Positions 54,319 through 59,795 of a DNA stretch of 59,795 nucleotides are shown here, piece after piece. The first letter of the stretch is position 1. The number at the start of each line of letters is the position of its first letter. The position numbers and the translations under genes are program-made. The notes beneath the pieces were generated by a model. The model had not been told where the DNA came from and did not search any database. It saw only the letters and a list, made by a program, of their open reading frames with translations. Origin of the DNA: a virus (Duplodnaviria; Caudoviricetes); IMG/VR virus record IMGVR_UViG_3300045135_002103, positions 1 to 59,795 of that record; one strand, 5' to 3'.

Positions 54319-56338
54319 AGAACTCGACGATCTACTAGCAAGCATTAGAGCAGAATCTAAGGAGGAATCTAAGGAGGAATCTAAGGAGGAACCCAAGGGT
54401 GGTGCTCTTGCTTTGTATGAAGGTGCGAGGGAAACAGATTTAGTTTCTGAAGTCATAGATGAAAGGATATTAAGACTTCTTGGATTAGAGCAAGTCTTTG
54501 ATATTGACTATTCAACTTACATGACTCTCCTGAAGGAGAAGGTGCTTGCTGCCAGAATGGTTAACAGTAAGCTTTCTACTGATGAATCTGAATTAGTCAC
54601 TAATGAATATAGGAGAGTAAAGGGAAAGGTTGGTCGCTTTAAAATAAGTAGAAAGAAAATAACATCCGAAAGTCTGGGAGTATCTGGAAAAGTACCGATA
54701 TCACCAGAAAGATTTTTTTTAACAAGTAAAGCTGTCATTCCTCCACAAAGTAAAGAGGAAGGGGGGGAAGAATCTACTTCTCCAGAAATACTGAACAAGT
54801 TAGATGAACTTATTGCAGCAATAAGAAAGGATAATGATATAGAAAAAAAGAAGCAGGAGACTGAAAGAAGACAGAAGCAAAATAAGAGAAGAGAGGAAAG
54901 AGAAAATAGATTAGAAAAAATATCAAAACCAGTTCAAAGATTGATGAATAAGGTTGTAAAACCTTTTCAAAGTATTCTTGATCGCATTTTAAAATTCTTT
55001 ATTTTTACTTTTCTTGGATTTGCATTTAACAGATTTATGGACTGGTTTGGTGATCCAAAAAACCAGAAAAAAATAGAAAGTATTGGTAGGTTCTTAAAAG
55101 ACTGGTGGCCATCTTTGCTTGGTGCTGCTGCATTATTTTTTACTCCATTTGGTATTTTTGTCAAAGGAACTATTTCTTTACTTAAATTTTTATTACCAAA
55201 TCTCATAAAACTTACTAAGTTGATGTTGGGGACTAAGGGTGGACTGATTGCGACAGCAGTACTTGCTACTGGTGCTGGCGTGATGACCGCTCTGAACCAA
55301 GGAGAAAATGTTGACGAGCAGAGAGATATTCTTCAAAAGATAATGGAATCAACGGATTTGAGTTTACCAGATCCACAAAATCCAGTATCAGCACAAGCAC
55401 AGGGAGGAATGGTTCCAAATCTTGCCAGATCTTCTAAAAAAATTGCTTCTGGTTTTTCTAGAAGTATTTCAGGATTACGTGATAGTGACGGAAAAATTAC
55501 AAAATCTAGAAGTATTTCAGGATTACGTGATAGTGACGGAAAAATTACAAAATCCAGTGGACTGGATATTACTGGCGCTGGTCCAGACACTCAGTTAGTT
55601 GCAGCGAAACCAGGAGAAATTGTAATACCAACAGAAACCGTAAGCATGTACGGTTCTGATTACTTCATGAATCTTATTAGGTCTTCTGGAAATACAGGTA
55701 TTCCTCAAATTATAAATGGCATTCAACTTGCCAATGATGGTGGAATGGTTGGTGGGTTAAGGATTCCTAAGTCTAAACCTAGTTTTAAACCTCCCATGAT
55801 CCCTTCTATGGGTAGAATGAATACTTCAGGTTCTAATTTTATTCCCCCATCTTCAGGAGCAAGTGAGAACATTTCTTCTGGTTCTAATTTTATTCCTCCA
55901 TCTTCAGGAGCAAGTGAGAACATTTCTTTTGGTTCTAAGTTTATCCCCTCATCATCTCCACAGGAAAGTGGAAATGTTTCTCCTATAGGAAGTTTAATTA
56001 ATTCAGCATTAGGATCACAATCCAGTGTATCGGATATTTCTACTGGAGGAGAAACAAACTATTCTTCCCCATCCACTATTCCTTCATCAAGTTATTCTAA
56101 TGTAAAAAATTATAATGTATCTTTAGGGCCAAGAAAAATGTCCGTGCAGATGCCAGGAACTCCTGTTGTTAGAACTAATATGCAAGTAATAAACTTGCCA
56201 CCAGAAACACTACCTCCAAAAACTATGGCAACTCCCGTAAGAACGGGGACAGATATACCTAAGTTTAATGTTGTTTCAAATAATTCTCATAGATCAGTTG
56301 TTTCAACTGTTCTTGGTATTTCAGATCTGGTAGGATAA
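54308..56338 (+). CDS. large tail/baseplate hub protein (tape-measure-like)
   Basis: Coiled-coil, hydrophobic helices, repeats; follows g26/g51. Confidence 0.65.
   Translation: MGPEELDDLLASIRAESKEESKEESKEEPKGGALALYEGARETDLVSEVIDERILRLLGLEQVFDIDYSTYMTLLKEKVLAARMVNSKLSTDESELVTNEYRRVKGKVGRFKISRKKITSESLGVSGKVPISPERFFLTSKAVIPPQSKEEGGEESTSPEILNKLDELIAAIRKDNDIEKKKQETERRQKQNKRREERENRLEKISKPVQRLMNKVVKPFQSILDRILKFFIFTFLGFAFNRFMDWFGDPKNQKKIESIGRFLKDWWPSLLGAAALFFTPFGIFVKGTISLLKFLLPNLIKLTKLMLGTKGGLIATAVLATGAGVMTALNQGENVDEQRDILQKIMESTDLSLPDPQNPVSAQAQGGMVPNLARSSKKIASGFSRSISGLRDSDGKITKSRSISGLRDSDGKITKSSGLDITGAGPDTQLVAAKPGEIVIPTETVSMYGSDYFMNLIRSSGNTGIPQIINGIQLANDGGMVGGLRIPKSKPSFKPPMIPSMGRMNTSGSNFIPPSSGASENISSGSNFIPPSSGASENISFGSKFIPSSSPQESGNVSPIGSLINSALGSQSSVSDISTGGETNYSSPSTIPSSSYSNVKNYNVSLGPRKMSVQMPGTPVVRTNMQVINLPPETLPPKTMATPVRTGTDIPKFNVVSNNSHRSVVSTVLGISDLVG
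55457..55554 (+). repeat. perfect 48-bp in-frame tandem duplication
   Basis: SRSISGLRDSDGKITK twice. Confidence 0.9.
55829..55955 (+). repeat. 51-bp in-frame tandem repeat (about 2.5 copies)
   Basis: GSNFIPPSSGASENIS repeated at 55829, 55880 and partially 55931. Confidence 0.85.
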
Positions 56339-56339
56339 T

Positions 56340-59117
56340 ATGGCAACTATTAGTTCTAAAAAATTATTACCATCTGCGGAGGGAAAGAAACAAGTATTTC
56401 TTGTTCCCTTAGCAAATGTAGTACCTTCAACACCTAAACTTGAAGGAATAACTCCGGTTGAAAAGAAAGCAGGAAGTAAGACTACGGTAATTGGCGAAAA
56501 GATTACTGAAGTTACTAGACTTTTTAGATATGGTTTATTATTAAAAGAGAGGGATAGAAGAAGAAAGATAAGATTAAATGAAAGAAAAAGAAGAGAGCAG
56601 AGAGAAACTAAACTAGAAGAAAAAAAACTAGGAAAGAAAGGAGAGCAAGAAAAACTTGCAGTAAAGATACCTGGATCTAGTATTTTTGATAGACTTGAAA
56701 GATTTCTTGGTTTTACTTTATTTGGTTTTATATTTAACAACTATAGTAAGTATCTACCTAGACTCCTTGTACTTGGTAAAGTGATAAAACCTGCAGTGGA
56801 AGGATTTTTAAATTTTTCTGAAACAATCCTTTCTGCAACAGTTACATTTATAAATGAAGGATATAAGGCGTATGATGCCGTTGGACAATGGGTAGAAGAT
56901 ATTGGTGGTGAAAATGCGAAAGCACTTTTTGATAAGTTTTCTAAAGAACTAAATGTATATTTAAATACGGCAATACTTATTGGTCTTGCCGGAATGCGTG
57001 GGGGTGCTTTTACTCCAAGAAGAGGACCACAAAAACCAAAACCAAAACCACCAGGTCGTCCTCCTGGTACTGGTGCTGGTGCTGGTTTTGCTTCTGGTTT
57101 TGCTACTGGGTTTGCTTTTTGTGAACTAAAAGGAAAAGTACCTGCACGACAAATTAATGCTGCAGCAAGAAGTTTAGCAAATGATGCAGCAAAAGGAGTA
57201 TCTGAAGAGGTTATAGAAAACAAGACCAAGAGAATAATAACAAAAAGACTTGCTGAAACTGCAGCTCCAGTAGGGGCTGGATCGGTTGGAGCATATTCTA
57301 CACCTAGAGGAATAGATCCTAGAGGGGGAGGTCGTAATATAAACAGAGGTGGAGGTTTTGCTAGAAGACCTGGTTCCATAGGATCTCAGGGACCAGTTCG
57401 TATTGGGTCGAAGTCAATACCTGATAACGTACTAGTTAATAAAATTTTAAATAATAAAACATTTAACGAATCTTTTGTCGATTTTTTAAGAAATAGTAAA
57501 GAACTTAAAAATAGAGGATTTGATTTAGGTTCAATTTCTAGCATCAATGAATTTGCTCAATTGCAAGGAATTACTCTTGATCAAGCAGTTAAGTCTCAAT
57601 TACAAAATTACAGAGATTATCAAAATCTAAGATCAAGTGGTGCAGTTGTTAGGCAACTGAAAAGAACTTTTCCTGATACTCCAAAAACTACTGATATAAA
57701 ACCAAGTGTTATTGGTCCAGAAGATACAATCCCACAACCAAAACCAACAATTCCGCAACCAAAACCAACAGGTGGAATGTTTTCTAAATTTAAAGGATTT
57801 TTTAGAGCTGGGGCTGTTCCACTTATTGGTGGAGTTATTGATTTTGTACTTAATATAGTATCAGGAGAAAAACCAGCTAAGGCAGGTGTTAGAGCTCTTG
57901 GTTCTACTATTGGTGGTTGGGCAGGGGGTGCATTAGGTACAGCAATAACTGGTGCTACTGCATTCTTTAGTGGAGGACTTGGTTTAATTTTAGCACCAGT
58001 TATTGTTGGTGGTTTGGGTGTTGGTGGTGCAATATTGGGAGACATTTTGTTTGGTATGATATATGATGGACTTGCTGGAGTACTTGGAGGAACCCGTGGA
58101 TATTCACAAGGTGGTATTATAGAATCAAGACAAATTAAGTTAGAAGAGTCTCCCAAAAAGAAAAAAAATATAGTACAACCATCTCCTATAGGTTTCAAGG
58201 CAGAAGAAAAATATAGGGATTATTATAACAAAGGTAACCAGAAGACTCCTTATAGTCTACTAAGAGATGCACATAGTGAACTGTCGGGAATGGGAGGATT
58301 TTTTGGAAGTCTTTTAGCAGGAACAATTGCTTTGTTAAATGGTCAGTTCTTTGAACCTGTGCTATTAAGTTATGTTGGTTCTGCATTTGGACGGACCACA
58401 AAGGCAGAATTGGAATCAACTGGAAGGATCGTTGTAAATATGGTTCGTAATCGGGTTGGTATTGCTACCACTACTACCACTACTACCACCACTACCACCA
58501 CTACACCACCTCAAACACCTCCAAGACGTAGACCTTCAAACTACTTGCCACCAAGTGGTACTAATGGAAGATTGAGTCCAAACCAATTGACTAAGGTTGG
58601 TCAATTAGTAGGTTCCATAACTGGTGGTCCTTATTGGTATGGAAATGGTGCTTATCTGGAAAATACTGCAGCAAAATGGTTTCTAAAAGCAAAACAAGCT
58701 GCTCAGAAAGAAGGTATATCCTTTGTAATTACTAGTGCATATAGATCTTATGAGCATCAGGATGCATTGGTAAAAGCAAAAGAAGATAATCCTAGTGATC
58801 CAAACATTATGACTCCTGCTCCAGCTGGAACATCGAGACATGGTTGGGGAACGGCAATTGATATTTCATATAATACTCCTGGTTATACGTGGTTGGTGAA
58901 TAATGGATCGAAATATGGGTGGGATTATATGAGCTTCCCTGGTGACCCAGTTCACTTTGAATTTGTGGGAGCTCCACAACTAATTTCAAAAACACGTTCA
59001 GCAACCAACTTAAATAACATAGCAAGTGCTAAAGTACTTTCAACTAATACTTCATATGAAGTGGAGTCGAATAATATTCTTATGAGACAAACATTCATTC
59101 AACCAGTAGTTGGTTAA
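56340..59117 (+). CDS. large tail protein with C-terminal M15B (VanY-like) peptidoglycan peptidase
   Basis: ITSAYRS...SRHGWGTAID...DPVHF; Gly-rich hydrophobic region; poly-Thr linker. Confidence 0.75.
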   Translation: MATISSKKLLPSAEGKKQVFLVPLANVVPSTPKLEGITPVEKKAGSKTTVIGEKITEVTRLFRYGLLLKERDRRRKIRLNERKRREQRETKLEEKKLGKKGEQEKLAVKIPGSSIFDRLERFLGFTLFGFIFNNYSKYLPRLLVLGKVIKPAVEGFLNFSETILSATVTFINEGYKAYDAVGQWVEDIGGENAKALFDKFSKELNVYLNTAILIGLAGMRGGAFTPRRGPQKPKPKPPGRPPGTGAGAGFASGFATGFAFCELKGKVPARQINAAARSLANDAAKGVSEEVIENKTKRIITKRLAETAAPVGAGSVGAYSTPRGIDPRGGGRNINRGGGFARRPGSIGSQGPVRIGSKSIPDNVLVNKILNNKTFNESFVDFLRNSKELKNRGFDLGSISSINEFAQLQGITLDQAVKSQLQNYRDYQNLRSSGAVVRQLKRTFPDTPKTTDIKPSVIGPEDTIPQPKPTIPQPKPTGGMFSKFKGFFRAGAVPLIGGVIDFVLNIVSGEKPAKAGVRALGSTIGGWAGGALGTAITGATAFFSGGLGLILAPVIVGGLGVGGAILGDILFGMIYDGLAGVLGGTRGYSQGGIIESRQIKLEESPKKKKNIVQPSPIGFKAEEKYRDYYNKGNQKTPYSLLRDAHSELSGMGGFFGSLLAGTIALLNGQFFEPVLLSYVGSAFGRTTKAELESTGRIVVNMVRNRVGIATTTTTTTTTTTTTPPQTPPRRRPSNYLPPSGTNGRLSPNQLTKVGQLVGSITGGPYWYGNGAYLENTAAKWFLKAKQAAQKEGISFVITSAYRSYEHQDALVKAKEDNPSDPNIMTPAPAGTSRHGWGTAIDISYNTPGYTWLVNNGSKYGWDYMSFPGDPVHFEFVGAPQLISKTRSATNLNNIASAKVLSTNTSYEVESNNILMRQTFIQPVVG
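58466..58506 (+). repeat. ACC/ACT repeat encoding a poly-Thr linker
   Basis: Run of Thr codons before the peptidase domain. Confidence 0.85.
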
Positions 59118-59133
59118 ATAGTTAATAAAAGAT

Positions 59134-59795
59134 ATGGGCAGCAAAGAGTCTCTACAATATAATAGGTTTGAGATATATCCCAATGAGGGTAATGAGTCTG
59201 TAGATATTCGTGCGGGTGCTCCTAGAATCGAATATCGTGAAAGTGTATTCACACCTTTTGTTCAGATTACTGTATTTGTAATTGAAACAGGTAATGCTGT
59301 TGATGAACTAACAGTACTCGAAGGACTCAAACTTCAAGGGACAGAGAAGGTTTTATTTGAAATAGAGGATGCACTTGGTAATAAAGTATCTCTTGAAGAG
59401 GATAATGATCTGAGAATAGGTAGTGTTGCAAATGTATCTCAGTCATTTAAAAATATTTCATATAGTCTGAATGTAGTATCAAAAGAAATGTTTGATAACA
59501 CATTGTTAGACTCAAGAGTAAGAAGAAGATTGGAAGGAAAGATATCTGATATTGTTCCATCAATAGTGCAAAATGAATTAGGTTCTAGCAAACCTGTATA
59601 TATTGATGTTACTCATAACTCATACTTTGATTTTGGAAAAGATGTTTCTCCTTTCAATAAAATATTAGAACTACAGAGACTATCAATACCAGATGGATTA
59701 TCTGGAAAGAGTGCTGGATATCTTTTCTGGGAAACATCAGATGGATATCATTTCAAGTCACTTGATAAACTATTCAGTACAAAGGGAAAGGTTAT
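59134..59795 (+). CDS. 3'-truncated baseplate hub/tail protein (gp27-like)
   Basis: Open from ATG 59134 to the window end; AGYLFWETSDGYHFKSLDKLF. Confidence 0.7.
   Translation, partial: MGSKESLQYNRFEIYPNEGNESVDIRAGAPRIEYRESVFTPFVQITVFVIETGNAVDELTVLEGLKLQGTEKVLFEIEDALGNKVSLEEDNDLRIGSVANVSQSFKNISYSLNVVSKEMFDNTLLDSRVRRRLEGKISDIVPSIVQNELGSSKPVYIDVTHNSYFDFGKDVSPFNKILELQRLSIPDGLSGKSAGYLFWETSDGYHFKSLDKLFSTKGKV

Noticed and set aside
55457-55955. Direct repeats as a possible CRISPR array
   Set aside because: In-frame coding tandem repeats with no unique spacers, and no cas operon in the window.
56741-58198. Pro/Ala-rich minus-strand ORFs of 212 and 192 aa
   Set aside because: Mirror of Gly-rich codons in the + strand tail gene.

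Overview
About 60 kb of a T4-like marine cyanomyovirus genome, probably infecting Synechococcus. The region 1-5.6 kb holds seven tRNA genes (Arg-UCU, Gly-UCC, Val-UAC, Ser-UGA, Pro-UGG, Ile-UAU, CAU), an HNH endonuclease and several structured RNAs. From 5.6 to 23.4 kb there is a 20-gene nucleotide-sugar/heptose and glycosyltransferase island. The 23.5-33 kb region has two small outer-membrane beta-barrels, pstS with a Pho box, two hli genes and small accessory genes. The 33-41 kb region is a photosynthesis/pentose-phosphate island (psbA, petF, petE, talC, PTOX, gnd, ndhP, zwf, psbD). From 41 to 60 kb are T4 core genes (thyX, phoH, exonuclease, g33, g59, g32, g53, g48, g2, g4, g54/19-like, g26, g51-like) and large tail/baseplate genes. 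The most striking observation is a nitrogen-sensing operon at 43.97-44.8 kb: an NtcA box, a sigma70 promoter and two interlocked glutamine-riboswitch-like aptamers. Each aptamer carries a complete small ORF inside its P2 loop, with the AUG base-paired to the ORF's own 3' end, and a DUF4278-like gene follows. Other notable items are a manA/wcaG-like RNA broken into modules by intervening ORFs, a probable -1 frameshift fusing gp26 to the gp51-like ORF, and RpaB-type HLR1 sites at hli and psbD. All calls come from reading the sequence by eye; no searches were run.
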